Sequence record: SRR22947725_182
DNA length: 40,024 bases
Direction: 5' to 3' (one strand)
Under the pieces are notes generated by a model, which saw only the letters and a program-made list of their open reading frames with translations, had not been told where the DNA came from and did not search any database. A program made the translations under genes and the position numbers. The first letter of the stretch is position 1, and each line of letters begins with the position of its first letter. Shown piece by piece: positions 8,570 to 18,961 of this stretch.

Positions 8570-8630
8570 GTGTTTCTCTTTTCTGTGTGTCTATCAGTGA
8601 CCGGCTCCAATCTTAGAGCCAGCCTGGGGT

Positions 8631-9632
8631 TTAGGGGAGTGTCACGACCTGCGCGCCGAAGACCAGACCGGCGCCAAAACCTATCTGCAGAGCCAAACCA
8701 CCGGAAGCTTCGGGGTGCTCCTGCAGAAGTCGGTGCATGGCTAGCGGAATAGACGCCGCCGAGGTGTTGCCGGTGGTTTCAATATCGCGGGCAATCAGTA
8801 CGCTCTCGGGAAGCTTCAGTTGTTTCGCGAACTCATCGATGATGCGCATATTGGCTTGGTGGGGAACAAACGCCGCCAACTCACTGGCAGAGACCCCTGA
8901 CTCGTCAAGCGCCTTCTTTGCCACCTTGGCCATTTCCCAGACCGCCCAGCGAAAGACCGCTTGCCCGTCTTGGCGAAGGGTGGGGAAGCCGCCGTCGCGA
9001 TCAGCGAAGGCTTCCTGGAGGGTCTTGTTCATGCCGACGGCGTCCCACTTGGATCCATCGGAGCCCCACTGGGTGGGGCCGATTCCCACCACATCGCTGG
9101 GGCCCACAATCGCAGCGCCTGCCCCATCGCCCAGCAGGAAGGAGATACTGCGGTCGGTAGGTTCAACGATGTCGCTGAGTTTCTCAGCACCCACGACCAA
9201 GACATAGCGCGCGGCACCGGATCGGATCAGCGCGTCTGCTTGGGCAATCCCATAGGTGTATCCAGCACACGCCGCCGAGATGTCGTAGGCAGCCGCCGGA
9301 GTGGCGCCAATTCTGTGAGCCAGCAGTGCCGCCAACGAGGGAGTCTGGACGCTGTTGCTGATTGTGGCCACAATGACGGCGCCGATCTCGGTGGGCTCGA
9401 TTCCCGCCGCCGTGATGGCTTCCTGGGCTGCGCGTTGGGCAAGATCGATGACCCCTTCATCAGCGCTGGAGCGCTTGCGCTCGATTACTCCGGTGCGCTG
9501 GCGAATCCATTCGTCGGAAGAGTCGATGGGTCCGGCAATTTCATCGTTGCTGACCGAAGTGTCGCCTCTGGCAGCACCGAGGGAAAGGATTCTGGTGAAC
9601 TCCGTGCCATGGGATTGGGTGAGAGGAGCCAT
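8631..9632 (-). CDS. fabH: 3-oxoacyl-ACP synthase III
   Basis: AACAGY, HQANMRI, GNTSAASIP; ATG overlaps the fabD stop. Confidence 0.96.
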   Translation of the reverse strand: MAPLTQSHGTEFTRILSLGAARGDTSVSNDEIAGPIDSSDEWIRQRTGVIERKRSSADEGVIDLAQRAAQEAITAAGIEPTEIGAVIVATISNSVQTPSLAALLAHRIGATPAAAYDISAACAGYTYGIAQADALIRSGAARYVLVVGAEKLSDIVEPTDRSISFLLGDGAGAAIVGPSDVVGIGPTQWGSDGSKWDAVGMNKTLQEAFADRDGGFPTLRQDGQAVFRWAVWEMAKVAKKALDESGVSASELAAFVPHQANMRIIDEFAKQLKLPESVLIARDIETTGNTSAASIPLAMHRLLQEHPEASGGLALQIGFGAGLVFGAQVVTLP

Positions 9633-10546
9633 CAAGAAACCACCATTTCGCGTGCTCGGGGGATGTCTTCGGGAGTATTCAGTGCCAGAGTGTTCACTCC
9701 CTTGAGGCCCCGCTTGGCGAGACCCACCAGCGCTCCGCCGGGAGCAAGTTCCATCATGCCCTGTATTCCATCTTTCTCAAAGGACCCCATGCACGCGTCC
9801 CAACGCACGGGTTGGGTGACCTGGGAGACCAGGGACGCAAGGGCGTCCCTGCCGCTTGTCAGCACCGAGCCATCTCGGTTGGTATAGAGCGCCGAGTGAG
9901 GGTCCTTGGGTGCCAGCTCGGAGGCCGCGTCAGAAACCGCGTGGAGGGCAGTCTCCATGAAAGCGGTGTGGAATGCGCCTGCTACCTGCAAAGGAATTAC
10001 TCGTGTCCCGACCGGCGGATTCGCCGCAAACTCGGACAAAGCCTCTCGAGATCCGGCAACCACGATCTGGCCGCCCCCGTTAAAGTTTGCCGCGGAAAGC
10101 CCCCGTGCCTTCAGTTCGGAGAGGAGCTCTTCAGGGTCAGCCCCCAACACCGCGGCCATCCCGCTGGGAGTGAGGGCAGAAGCGACCGCCATGGCAGCGC
10201 CTCGCGCAGCCACCAGCTTCAGCGCTTCCTCATCCGAGAGAACACCAGATAGCGCGGCGGCGGTGAATTCACCGACGGAATGGCCGGCAAAAGCCAGGGG
10301 AGTGCCCGCGGGAAGGCCAGTGAGAAGTGCTCGACCGGCCAGGAGCCCCGCGGCCACAATCAGAGGCTGTGCTATGGCAGTGTCCTTGATGGTGGCTTCA
10401 TCGCTGCGGGTGCCGTGGAGAACCAAGTCAATACCGACGGCCTGGGAAAAGGATTCCAGGGTGGCACGATGCTCTTCGTGTGCGAGCCAGGGTTCTAAGA
10501 ACCCTGGCTTTTGTGATCCCTGTCCGGGTGCTGCGATAACAAACAT
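9632..10546 (-). CDS. fabD: Malonyl-CoA:ACP transacylase
   Basis: PGQGSQ, GHSVGE, AFHT, PVRW motifs. Confidence 0.95.
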   Translation of the reverse strand: MFVIAAPGQGSQKPGFLEPWLAHEEHRATLESFSQAVGIDLVLHGTRSDEATIKDTAIAQPLIVAAGLLAGRALLTGLPAGTPLAFAGHSVGEFTAAALSGVLSDEEALKLVAARGAAMAVASALTPSGMAAVLGADPEELLSELKARGLSAANFNGGGQIVVAGSREALSEFAANPPVGTRVIPLQVAGAFHTAFMETALHAVSDAASELAPKDPHSALYTNRDGSVLTSGRDALASLVSQVTQPVRWDACMGSFEKDGIQGMMELAPGGALVGLAKRGLKGVNTLALNTPEDIPRAREMVVS

Positions 10547-10632
10547 AGGTTTTAGTTTCCCCCCTGAGGGAGCCGTGAGGCGTAGTAGGTCATGGTGTGT
10601 CCTGAGCCCCTACCTTTGTAGGGAGGGAACAG

Positions 10633-11814
10633 CTAGGGCGAGCGGGAGCCCGAGGTGTTCGGCTCGCTCATGCTTCCCAAGATGATCCCCAGGTGCAAGG
10701 TCACAGCATCGCGAGGGTTCCCAGGATCCCAGGCGACCACTTGGGCCACCTTTTTGAGGCGATATCGAACAGTGTTGGGGTGGACAAACAACTCCCGGGC
10801 GGTGGCTTCCAGGGAGTGCCCGGTTTCCAAATACGTCCACAACGTGCCGAGCAAATCGAGCTGGTGATCTCTCAAAGGCTCATAAATCTGGCTGACCAGC
10901 GCTCTTCGGGCCAAGGGGTCCCCAGCGAGGGCGCGCTCGGGAAGAACATCATCTGCCGAGAGTGGCCGTGGTAATTCCCGGCGGGCTTTCGCCACGGAGA
11001 AGCCGGCAAGAGCCGCCTTGGCGCTCTTGGCGGCATCCACCACGCTCGCCACGGTATGTCCCACCACAACCGCCCCTGTTCCAAAACTTTGTTCCATTGC
11101 CAAGGCGATATCCATGAAGCTTGCGGGGTGGGCGTGATCGGATTCGTCATCCACCCGCCGACCAATGACCACCACTAAACGGTTTCCCTGAACCCCCACG
11201 AGGACGTCTGCATGCTGATGGCGGGCAATGCGACGAATGTCATCCACATCCACCATTCGCGGGCTCGTGCCGACCACTACAGCGACTTCACCGTGGCCCA
11301 ACCAACCCAGGGCGGCGATGCGCGAAGGCAATTCTTGGTCATATTCACCGCTCAGGATGGAATCCACAGCGAGAGCCTCGAGGCGCGCATCCCACAAGCC
11401 CCGGGCTTCTGCGGCTCTGGCGTAAACATCGGCTGCGGCAAAAGCAATTTCACGGGAATAGTGGAGGATCGATTCCCGCAATTCGGGCGGTCCCTGGAGC
11501 AGCTGCTTCTCGACCACCTCCACGGTGACCTTGATCAGCTGCAGGGTTTGCTGCAAGCTCACCGAGCGCAGCAGCTCCCTCGGGGCAACGCCAAAGACAT
11601 CTGAAGCAATCCACGGGGTGGACTGAGGGTTTTCAAACCATGAGATGAAAGAGGAAATACCGGTTTGGGCAACCATCCCTACCGCTGATCGGCGCCCCGG
11701 AGGCATCGCCCGATACCAGGGCAGTTCTGTTTCCAGGGTCGCGAGTGTGGTGGTCGCCATTTCCCCTGAAATGTTGCGAAGCCACGACAGTGTTTGCTTC
11801 TTGGTCATAGCCAT
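10633..11814 (-). CDS. PucR-family transcriptional regulator of the fab operon (FasR-like)
   Basis: YAAEARG.WDARLEA motif, C-terminal HTH LFVHPNTVRYRL; position between aceE and fabD. Confidence 0.9.
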   Translation of the reverse strand: MAMTKKQTLSWLRNISGEMATTTLATLETELPWYRAMPPGRRSAVGMVAQTGISSFISWFENPQSTPWIASDVFGVAPRELLRSVSLQQTLQLIKVTVEVVEKQLLQGPPELRESILHYSREIAFAAADVYARAAEARGLWDARLEALAVDSILSGEYDQELPSRIAALGWLGHGEVAVVVGTSPRMVDVDDIRRIARHQHADVLVGVQGNRLVVVIGRRVDDESDHAHPASFMDIALAMEQSFGTGAVVVGHTVASVVDAAKSAKAALAGFSVAKARRELPRPLSADDVLPERALAGDPLARRALVSQIYEPLRDHQLDLLGTLWTYLETGHSLEATARELFVHPNTVRYRLKKVAQVVAWDPGNPRDAVTLHLGIILGSMSEPNTSGSRSP

Positions 11815-11840
11815 AGTGGACCCGGGGAGTTGCCTCCCCC

Positions 11841-14567
11841 TTAGGATTCTCCGCCGGCTGTGCCGCTGGTTCCTGCAGTCACATCGTGGAGGCGATACTT
11901 GGTGATTGCCTCCTGCAGGGAATGTGTCGGAACGAGGCCCTCTTTGCTCAGCTGTTGCAGCACGCGTGCCGCGACGGAAGGACCGTCGATGGCGAAGTGG
12001 CGCCGCGCGGCAGGCCTTGTATCGCTAAATCCAAAGCCATCGGCCCCCAGTGTGAGATAGGGCCTGGGAACAAATTCACGGATTTGATCTTGAACTGAGT
12101 GCATGAAATCGCTCACGGCGATGACGGGGCCTTCGCTTTCTGCCAGGCGTGCGGTGACGTACGGGGTGTGTGCGGGCTCTTCAGGGTGCAAGAAGTTGTG
12201 GCGCTCTGCTGCGACGCCATCGCGCCGTAGTTCGTTCCAGGAGGTCACCGACCAAACTTCTGCGCTGACGCCCCAGTCATTGGCGAGGAGCTCTTGGGCT
12301 TCGAGCGCCCAGGGCACTCCAACTCCCGAGGCAAGAATGGTGGCTTTGGGCCCCACACCGGATCCGGTGCTGATCCGGTGCATGCCCTTCAAGATTCCTT
12401 CGACATCGACATCTTCTGGCTCGGCTGGCTGGGCAACAGGCTCGTTGTAGATGGTGAGGTAGTACATCACGTTGGGGTCGGGGTGTTTCCCGCCATACAT
12501 GCGCTCCATGCCATCGGCCACAATGTGAGCGAGTTCGTAGGAATACGCGGGGTCATAGGTAATGACCGCTGCGTTGGTCGAGGAAAGCAGCGGTGAATGC
12601 CCATCGGCGTGCTGCAAACCCTCACCCGTCAGCGTGGTGCGACCGGCGGTCGCACCCATGATGAAACCTCTCGCCATCTGGTCACCCGCAGCCCACATGG
12701 CGTCGCCGGTGCGCTGGAAACCAAACATGGAGTAAAACACGTAGATCGGCACCATCGGTTCGCCATGGGTGGCATAGCTGGTTCCCACCGCGGTGAAGGC
12801 CGCGAAGGCGCCCGCTTCGTTGATGCCGGTGTGCAAAATCTGACCTTGGGGGCTTTCCTTGTAGGCCAGCAGAAGTTCGCGATCGACCGAGGTGTAGCTC
12901 TGGCCGTGCGGGTTATAGATTTTCGCGGTGGGGAAGTAAGCATCCATCCCGAAGGTTCGCGCTTCGTCAGGGATGATAGGGACCAAGCGGTGACCAAAGT
13001 CGGGGTTCTTCAGCAGGTCTTTTAACAGCCTCGCAAAGGCCATCGTGGTCGCAATTTCTTGCTTCCCCGAGCCCTTCTTCACTGCTGCATAGGTCTCAGC
13101 ACCTGGCAAGGTCACCTGGGTGTACTTAGACCGACGCTCGGGCAGGTAACCGCCCAGTGCCCGACGACGCTCGTGCAGGTAGGAAATTGCTTCGTCACCG
13201 GCGCCGGGGTGGTAATACGGCGGTTGGTACACGTCAGCGTCTAGTTGAGCGTCGGTGATGGGAATCCGCATGTCGTCGCGGAAGGTTTTGAGGTTTTCGA
13301 GCGTTAGTTTCTTCATCTGGTGGGTGGCGTTTCGACCCTCGAAGCTGGGGCCCAAGCCATAACCCTTCACCGTCTTTGCCAAGATGACCGTGGGTTGGCC
13401 CTTGTGCTCGGTGGCTGCTTTGAATGCGGCATAGACCTTGCGGTAGTCGTGGCCACCACGCTTCAAACGCCAAATGTCGTCGTCGCTCATCCCCGCCACC
13501 ATGGCGGCGGTGCGAGGGTCGCGCCCAAAGAAGTGTTCGCGAATGTAGGCGCCGCTTTCGGCTTTATAGGTTTGGTAGTCGCCATCGGGGGTCTTGTTCA
13601 TCAGGTCGCGCAGCGCGCCCTCATGATCCATGGCGAGCAGTGCGTCCCATTCCCTGCCCCACACCACCTTGATGACATTCCAGCCGGCTCCGCGGAAGAA
13701 GCTTTCGAGTTCCTGGATGATTTTGCCGTTACCGCGGACCGGTCCATCGAGTCGCTGAAGGTTGCAGTTGATGACAAAAGTGAGGTTGTCGAGGTCGTCG
13801 TTAGCGGCAAGCTGAAGCGCGCCGCGGCTTTCCACTTCGTCCATCTCCCCATCGCCCAAGAAGGCCCAGACGTGTTGATCAGAGGTGTCTTTGATGCCGC
13901 GGTGATGAAGGTACCGGTTAGCTTGTGCCTGATAGATCGCGTTGATCGGGCCCAGGCCCATCGACACCGTGGGGAATTGCCAAAACTCCGGCATCAAACG
14001 GGGGTGGGGATAAGACGATAGCCCGCCCGTGGGGTGAGACTTTTCTTGACGGAAACCATCAAGCTGGTCTTCGCTGAGCCTGCCTTCGAGGTAAGCCCTG
14101 GCATACATCCCTGGGGAGGCATGACCCTGGTAGAAAATTTGGTCCCCGCCGCCGGGGTGATCGGCGCCACGGAAGAAGTGGTTGTGGCCTACTTCGTAGA
14201 GCGCTGCAGAGGAGGCGTAGGTCGAGATGTGTCCACCCACAGAAATTTCTGGTCGCTGCGCGCGATGTACGGTAATCGCTGCGTTCCAGCGGATCCAGGC
14301 ACGATAGCGGCGTTCAATCTCTTCATCGCCCGGGAACTCTGGCTCAGAGTCCGGGGCGATCGAATTGAGGTAGTCCGTCGTGGGAACCATGGGGACGCCC
14401 AAGTGAAGCTCTTTGGAGCGCTTGAGAAGGCTTAACATAATCTCGCGACCACGCTGATGGCCAGCACCGGTTACGACGGCATCGAGAGATTCCTGCCACT
14501 CCGCGGTTTCCGCGGGGTCAGAATCCATCTGGTGAAACGAATAGGGATCTTGGTCGTTAACGGCCAC
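11841..14567 (-). CDS. aceE: Pyruvate dehydrogenase E1 component, homodimeric type
   Basis: GDGEMDE TPP motif, [16 protein letters not shown]; start placed at GTG 14567 downstream of AGGAAGAGG. Confidence 0.96.
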   Translation of the reverse strand: MAVNDQDPYSFHQMDSDPAETAEWQESLDAVVTGAGHQRGREIMLSLLKRSKELHLGVPMVPTTDYLNSIAPDSEPEFPGDEEIERRYRAWIRWNAAITVHRAQRPEISVGGHISTYASSAALYEVGHNHFFRGADHPGGGDQIFYQGHASPGMYARAYLEGRLSEDQLDGFRQEKSHPTGGLSSYPHPRLMPEFWQFPTVSMGLGPINAIYQAQANRYLHHRGIKDTSDQHVWAFLGDGEMDEVESRGALQLAANDDLDNLTFVINCNLQRLDGPVRGNGKIIQELESFFRGAGWNVIKVVWGREWDALLAMDHEGALRDLMNKTPDGDYQTYKAESGAYIREHFFGRDPRTAAMVAGMSDDDIWRLKRGGHDYRKVYAAFKAATEHKGQPTVILAKTVKGYGLGPSFEGRNATHQMKKLTLENLKTFRDDMRIPITDAQLDADVYQPPYYHPGAGDEAISYLHERRRALGGYLPERRSKYTQVTLPGAETYAAVKKGSGKQEIATTMAFARLLKDLLKNPDFGHRLVPIIPDEARTFGMDAYFPTAKIYNPHGQSYTSVDRELLLAYKESPQGQILHTGINEAGAFAAFTAVGTSYATHGEPMVPIYVFYSMFGFQRTGDAMWAAGDQMARGFIMGATAGRTTLTGEGLQHADGHSPLLSSTNAAVITYDPAYSYELAHIVADGMERMYGGKHPDPNVMYYLTIYNEPVAQPAEPEDVDVEGILKGMHRISTGSGVGPKATILASGVGVPWALEAQELLANDWGVSAEVWSVTSWNELRRDGVAAERHNFLHPEEPAHTPYVTARLAESEGPVIAVSDFMHSVQDQIREFVPRPYLTLGADGFGFSDTRPAARRHFAIDGPSVAARVLQQLSKEGLVPTHSLQEAITKYRLHDVTAGTSGTAGGES

Positions 14568-14707
14568 CGTGACCTCTTCCTGTGTGTGGTAGATACAGAA
14601 GTCCACTCCCGGAGGGATTGCCCCCGGAACGTCCGACAAGTCTAGCCCCTGAGTGTGGCTAGGTCTGAGGGAACAAAAGTGGTCCCGGTGGTTTAGCATG
14701 AAGGCTT

Positions 14708-14781
14708 GGGCCTGTAGCTCAGTTGGTTAGAGCGCCACGTTTACACCGTGGATGCCGGGGGTTCGAGTCCCTCCGGGCCCA
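14708..14781 (+). tRNA. tRNA-Val (TAC)
   Basis: Cloverleaf: GGGCCTG/CGGGCCC acceptor, D arm AGCTCAGTTGGTTAGAGC, CCACG-TTTACAC-CGTGG anticodon arm, GGTTCGAGTCC T arm; CCA not encoded. Confidence 0.97.
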
Positions 14782-14788
14782 CAAAAAT

Positions 14789-15121
14789 TCAGGCGAAAAG
14801 CGCCACCATCAAAGCGACATAAATCACCACGAAGATGGTCGGTGTCACATACTGAACCACCCACATCCACGATGTCTTGGTGGGCTCTGCCTGGCGCAAG
14901 AGGGCATGCGCTTCGCTGGCCGATTGAAACTGAACCAGGGCTCCAAAGATTCCGGAAGCCAAAAGAATTCCAGCAGCAGCGACGCGAAGCGCAACAGGGG
15001 TGTCAGCGAGGCCAAACTGCAACAGCGCCACAGTGGTTATCAGTAGCGCGGTCGGCGCCATTTGAGACAGGACAATCATGCGACGGTGGGCAAGCCACGT
15101 CGAGGTCTCTTCCGGTGTCAT
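14789..15121 (-). CDS. Hypothetical membrane protein (3 TM)
   Basis: 110 aa hydrophobic ORF, GGAGAG SD, candidate -10 TAAGGT upstream. Confidence 0.7.
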   Translation of the reverse strand: MTPEETSTWLAHRRMIVLSQMAPTALLITTVALLQFGLADTPVALRVAAAGILLASGIFGALVQFQSASEAHALLRQAEPTKTSWMWVVQYVTPTIFVVIYVALMVALFA

Positions 15122-15357
15122 ACTCTCTCCAAAGCGGGATTAGGTATGCCCACCTTAGCGAAGGCGAGACGAGGGATGAGGGCCGCATCAGCGCGGTGGG
15201 TTGTGCGTGCTGGGAACCTGGCTCATTGTGGGGTCCCTCGGTGTAACGGTGGATCCGCTGGCCTGTATTCGGTGGGGGCCGCGTCGCAGTTTCTCCTCGG
15301 CTTTTCGCGCGGGGTGAGCGGTCACACAACTAAACCGGTTACCCGTATTCTTGAAGC

Positions 15358-17385
15358 ATGGTCGATGATGTAGTGGGCGACGATGTCGAAGAAGCTCCTC
15401 GGCGGAGCACGTTTCAGGAGCCACTCGAGGAGAACCTTCCCTCGAGTGAGTTTGTCGTGCTAGAGGAAGCCACCGTGCAACCGGACACACCGGTTGCGCC
15501 CCAGTATTTTGCCCCGCCGGTCCGGACGTCGAAGACTCAACAAGACATCATCGCCGCCTTTGAATCAGAGGGCTCCTCGGGCAGTGGCGACAAGATTGCC
15601 GAGCTCGAAACACAACTTGCTTTGCAGAGTGAGGAAGAAGCAGCCTTTGCCTCGTGGGCGGTGGTGATCCGGGAGACGCGGCCTGACCGCGCAGCGGAAA
15701 TTATTGCCCACGAGAGGGAAATTTTTGACGGTGCTGAGCCGTCAGAGCTTGTATTTGAGCCGGTAGAGGCGGCCGAATTACCAGATACCACCCCTCTGGA
15801 GGCGGAGGCAACGGTCGAGGAAGAGGACGCTGTCCAGGCACAAGATCTTGGCGAGATTCCCGTCGATCCCGAGCCCGTGAGCAATCCAGAGCCTGCCCCA
15901 GATCCAGATCCAGAGCCTGCGAGTGCTCCCGAGACAGTCAGCGCCTCCGAGCCCATCGACGCAGCCGCTGGCGCGCCCCCTCGCTCCGAGGTATGGCCGC
16001 TCATGCAGGGTGGCCTCGTCGACGAACCGGTAAGCATGCTTTCGGATTCCGAAGATCCCCCCTTCCAAGGGCTTTGGCCTCTGGTCTCGACCTGGGGATT
16101 TGCGCTGGTTCCTTTCCTCGGTCTGACCGCTGGTGTGTGGGTTGTGAGCATGGGTCTTAGCTTTTTACAAGCGTTGGTGGTGGCATCTGTCGCGGCCCTT
16201 GTCATTGGTTTTGTGGTGGCGTCCCTTGCCAAAGTTTCGACCCCGATACAGAACACCTTTGGTCGGGTAGGCAGTGTCCTGCCCGCACTCCTCATGGTCG
16301 TTCTGCGACTGATGGCTTTAGCCCTGGTGCTGTGGTGGGTATCGCGCACCGCGGCAGAACTCGCCGTGATTGCTGGTTGGTGGAGCGGTCCCGAGTGGGT
16401 CGCGCACACCGTGGCAGCAGTTGTTCTGGGTGTATTTTCCTTCGCCCACATCTTCTTCAGAGCTTCCGTCATGCGGGTTACCCTCTGGGCGAGCGCCAGC
16501 CTGGGTGTGCTGGGAACGACAGCCGTCATTGTTCGCACTGCCCCAGAAATTTTGAGCCCACCAACATGGACGTGGACAGCTGAAATCCTGCCCCTCTTTA
16601 GCGCCGGTTCTCTGGTGCTTGTCCTGGGGATGGTCGCTTTTGCCCCGGTGGCGAATTCTCTCGCATCCCTCGCGCCGCGCAGTGGCTCTCGCTTGGTGGG
16701 GGCGATGTCAGGCATTGCTTCGGTTCTGCCGCTGGGCCTGTTGATGAGCTATTCAGCGTGGATGTCGGAGAGCGCTCCGGGATTTGCTCTGGGAATTCTT
16801 CGTGACCCAATAGCCACGATGGGTACAGGGCTTGGCGCTTGGTTCCCCGCCCCCCTGCTGGTGGTGTTGGTCTTGCCTTTTGCCGGCTTCCTGGCCATCG
16901 GCCTGTGGTCCCTCGTCGGCTCGCTGAAGGAGATGTCGGTTCCCGGACCTCGATCTGCTTACGGAAGCGTTTTGATGCTGACGGTCGGTGGTTTAGTCGC
17001 GCTGGGAATCCTCTTTGAGTCGAGCTTCTTGAACGCTCTTCCCGATGCTTTCTTCACCGCTGGCGTCATCGTTGCCGCCTGCGTAGGGGCGATAGCGGTT
17101 GATTCGGTTATTCCTGGCAAGGTGCAGGCAACGCGAGGTTTGTCCTGGCGTTGGGGGCCCTTTGCGGGGATGGCGGTCGCAGTCGCTGTGGGTCTTGGTG
17201 TGGTGAGCTCCGATATCTCCTGGCTGTCGTGGCAGGGATACCTGTTGGGATTCTTAGAGTCACAAGGCTTCGGTGATCTTGCCCCGGGGAACCTAGGAAT
17301 AGTGTTCGCCCTTCTTCTGGGGGGCATGGGAAGCGCACTCTCTGCAATTCCGGTGAAGAAAACGCCGGTGTCGATTGATGTCTAA
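15358..17385 (+). CDS. Multi-pass membrane protein, purine-cytosine permease (NCS1)-like, with acidic N-terminal extension
   Basis: ~230-aa Glu/Asp/Pro-rich N-terminus then ~12 TM segments (TFGRVGS.LP, WLSWQGYLL); family assignment is tentative. Confidence 0.7.
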   Translation: MVDDVVGDDVEEAPRRSTFQEPLEENLPSSEFVVLEEATVQPDTPVAPQYFAPPVRTSKTQQDIIAAFESEGSSGSGDKIAELETQLALQSEEEAAFASWAVVIRETRPDRAAEIIAHEREIFDGAEPSELVFEPVEAAELPDTTPLEAEATVEEEDAVQAQDLGEIPVDPEPVSNPEPAPDPDPEPASAPETVSASEPIDAAAGAPPRSEVWPLMQGGLVDEPVSMLSDSEDPPFQGLWPLVSTWGFALVPFLGLTAGVWVVSMGLSFLQALVVASVAALVIGFVVASLAKVSTPIQNTFGRVGSVLPALLMVVLRLMALALVLWWVSRTAAELAVIAGWWSGPEWVAHTVAAVVLGVFSFAHIFFRASVMRVTLWASASLGVLGTTAVIVRTAPEILSPPTWTWTAEILPLFSAGSLVLVLGMVAFAPVANSLASLAPRSGSRLVGAMSGIASVLPLGLLMSYSAWMSESAPGFALGILRDPIATMGTGLGAWFPAPLLVVLVLPFAGFLAIGLWSLVGSLKEMSVPGPRSAYGSVLMLTVGGLVALGILFESSFLNALPDAFFTAGVIVAACVGAIAVDSVIPGKVQATRGLSWRWGPFAGMAVAVAVGLGVVSSDISWLSWQGYLLGFLESQGFGDLAPGNLGIVFALLLGGMGSALSAIPVKKTPVSIDV

Positions 17386-18220
17386 AACGACCCCCTCCCA
17401 CACTCTTGCCGATGTGCTCGCGGGCGTTGATGAATTGTGGCCGCTCTCTGGAACAGAAGACTGGGATGCTGCGGGTCTGGTGGTGGGGGACCCCGCTGCG
17501 AACATTTCTGCCGTCCACCTCATGGTGGATGTCACGGCGGAAAGCGTTGCTGAAGCGCTGAAGCAGGGTGCCGATCTGATCATTGCCCACCACCCGCTGC
17601 TGTTGAGAGGGGTGACAACGGTGGCGGAGTCCACCTACAAGGGGAACCTGATTGCAACGCTGATTCGGGGTGGGTGCGCTCTCTATGCAGCACACACAAA
17701 TGCCGATGCTGTGCCCACGGGGACCTCGGCAAGGCTCGCTGAGCTCCTTGAACTTGAGGATCATGCGCCACTGACTGAAGGTGCGCAGCCGGGGCATGGG
17801 TTGGGTCGGGTCGGCACATTGGCTACCCCGCAGACGCTGTACCAGGTTGCTGTTGCGCTGGGCGAACTCCTTCCCCACACCGCTGTGGGTCCCACTGTGG
17901 CCGGAGACCCCGAGCGCCTGGTTTCACGCATATCCTTGTGTGCAGGGGCGGGGGATTCTTTGCTGTCTCACCCCGATGTGCAGAAAAGTGATGTATTCAT
18001 CACCAGTGATGTGCGCCACCATCCGGCAAGTGAAGCGGTTGAACAAGCGGTCTTGAATGGTGGCCCAGCCCTGATTAATATTTCCCACTTTGCTGCCGAA
18101 TGGCTGTGGCTTGACCAAGCCGGGGCAGAGCTCGAGGCGAAACTGGGGCTCTCTGTCACGGTGAGTGATCTCAACACAGACCCGTGGACTTTTCAGGTCC
18201 AACGCGTAGGAAGCGAATAA
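17378..18220 (+). CDS. Nif3-like dinuclear metal centre hexameric protein
   Basis: WD..GL.VG, HHPLL, HTNAD, TSD.RHH, SHFAAEW motifs. Confidence 0.93.
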   Translation: MSKTTPSHTLADVLAGVDELWPLSGTEDWDAAGLVVGDPAANISAVHLMVDVTAESVAEALKQGADLIIAHHPLLLRGVTTVAESTYKGNLIATLIRGGCALYAAHTNADAVPTGTSARLAELLELEDHAPLTEGAQPGHGLGRVGTLATPQTLYQVAVALGELLPHTAVGPTVAGDPERLVSRISLCAGAGDSLLSHPDVQKSDVFITSDVRHHPASEAVEQAVLNGGPALINISHFAAEWLWLDQAGAELEAKLGLSVTVSDLNTDPWTFQVQRVGSE

Positions 18221-18961
18221 ATGGCACTCAGCGCCTCAGCCCAGGATCAAGCACAACTCCTCGTCGTGGCAGACGATGACGTGTTGTCCGCTCGAAACTC
18301 TGCCACGATCAGGGGGCTTGCCAAGGAGCTCAGTATCGACACGTTGGACGCCGCCATCGAGGACATCAGGGCAAGGCGCCACGACCAAATGGTCGAGGTG
18401 GACAATATCCAATCGGAGCTGACGCGCTCCGAGTCTGATGTTTCTCTCGTGGCGACGCGGATCGCCCGAGACGCAGAACGCCTGGTCCAGACTTCTTCGG
18501 CAAAAGACGCCCAAGGCTTGGAGCACGAATTAGAAAGCTTGCGCACCAGGCAATCAGACCTTGAAGACATCGAGCTCGCCATCATGGACAACCTGGAGCG
18601 CGCTACCGCGGTATTGGAGGGAATCAGTCAGGAACTCGCCACCGCAGAGCAGGCTCTGCAGGCAGCGAGAGACCAGGAATCCCGTCGCACAGAGGAGCTC
18701 ACCGGGCTTAATAAAGCCCTGGCCGACAAGCGCGCAGAGCTCCTTGGCGCCCTGCCTCAGGATTTGGTCGCTTTGTATGAACGACAACGCGAACGATATG
18801 GAATCGGCGCTTCCCACCTGCGGGGAGGTGTTTCCAGCGCCAGCGGTGTTGGCTTGACGGAATCCGATCTCCACACCATCCGCCAGGCTCCTGAAGACGA
18901 AGTTATTCTGTGCCCCGATTCCAACGCCATTTTGGTGAGAACTGCCGAGTCTGGCCTGTGA
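18221..18961 (+). CDS. Coiled-coil protein with degenerate C4-type zinc-ribbon domain (Rv2229c-like)
   Basis: Long coiled coil, LYER.R..G.GA, C-terminal CPDSNAILVR; position between Nif3 and RNase H. Confidence 0.85.
   Translation: MALSASAQDQAQLLVVADDDVLSARNSATIRGLAKELSIDTLDAAIEDIRARRHDQMVEVDNIQSELTRSESDVSLVATRIARDAERLVQTSSAKDAQGLEHELESLRTRQSDLEDIELAIMDNLERATAVLEGISQELATAEQALQAARDQESRRTEELTGLNKALADKRAELLGALPQDLVALYERQRERYGIGASHLRGGVSSASGVGLTESDLHTIRQAPEDEVILCPDSNAILVRTAESGL

Noticed and set aside
8961-10685. Long + strand ORFs (308 aa, 259 aa) opposite fabH/fabD
   Set aside because: Antisense shadow ORFs expected in high-GC coding DNA; no recognisable motifs
14568-14699. 44-aa N-terminal extension of aceE in the ORF track
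   Set aside because: Region holds the SD and a candidate -10 (TAGACT, 14639-44, minus strand); homology starts near GTG 14567
15230-15245. GGGTCCCTCGG as a possible attR copy of the tRNA-Val 3' end
   Set aside because: Match is too short and imperfect to distinguish from chance
15537-16715. 392-aa minus-strand ORF with GSGSGS repeats
   Set aside because: Mirror of the Pro/Glu/Asp repeats of the sense permease gene
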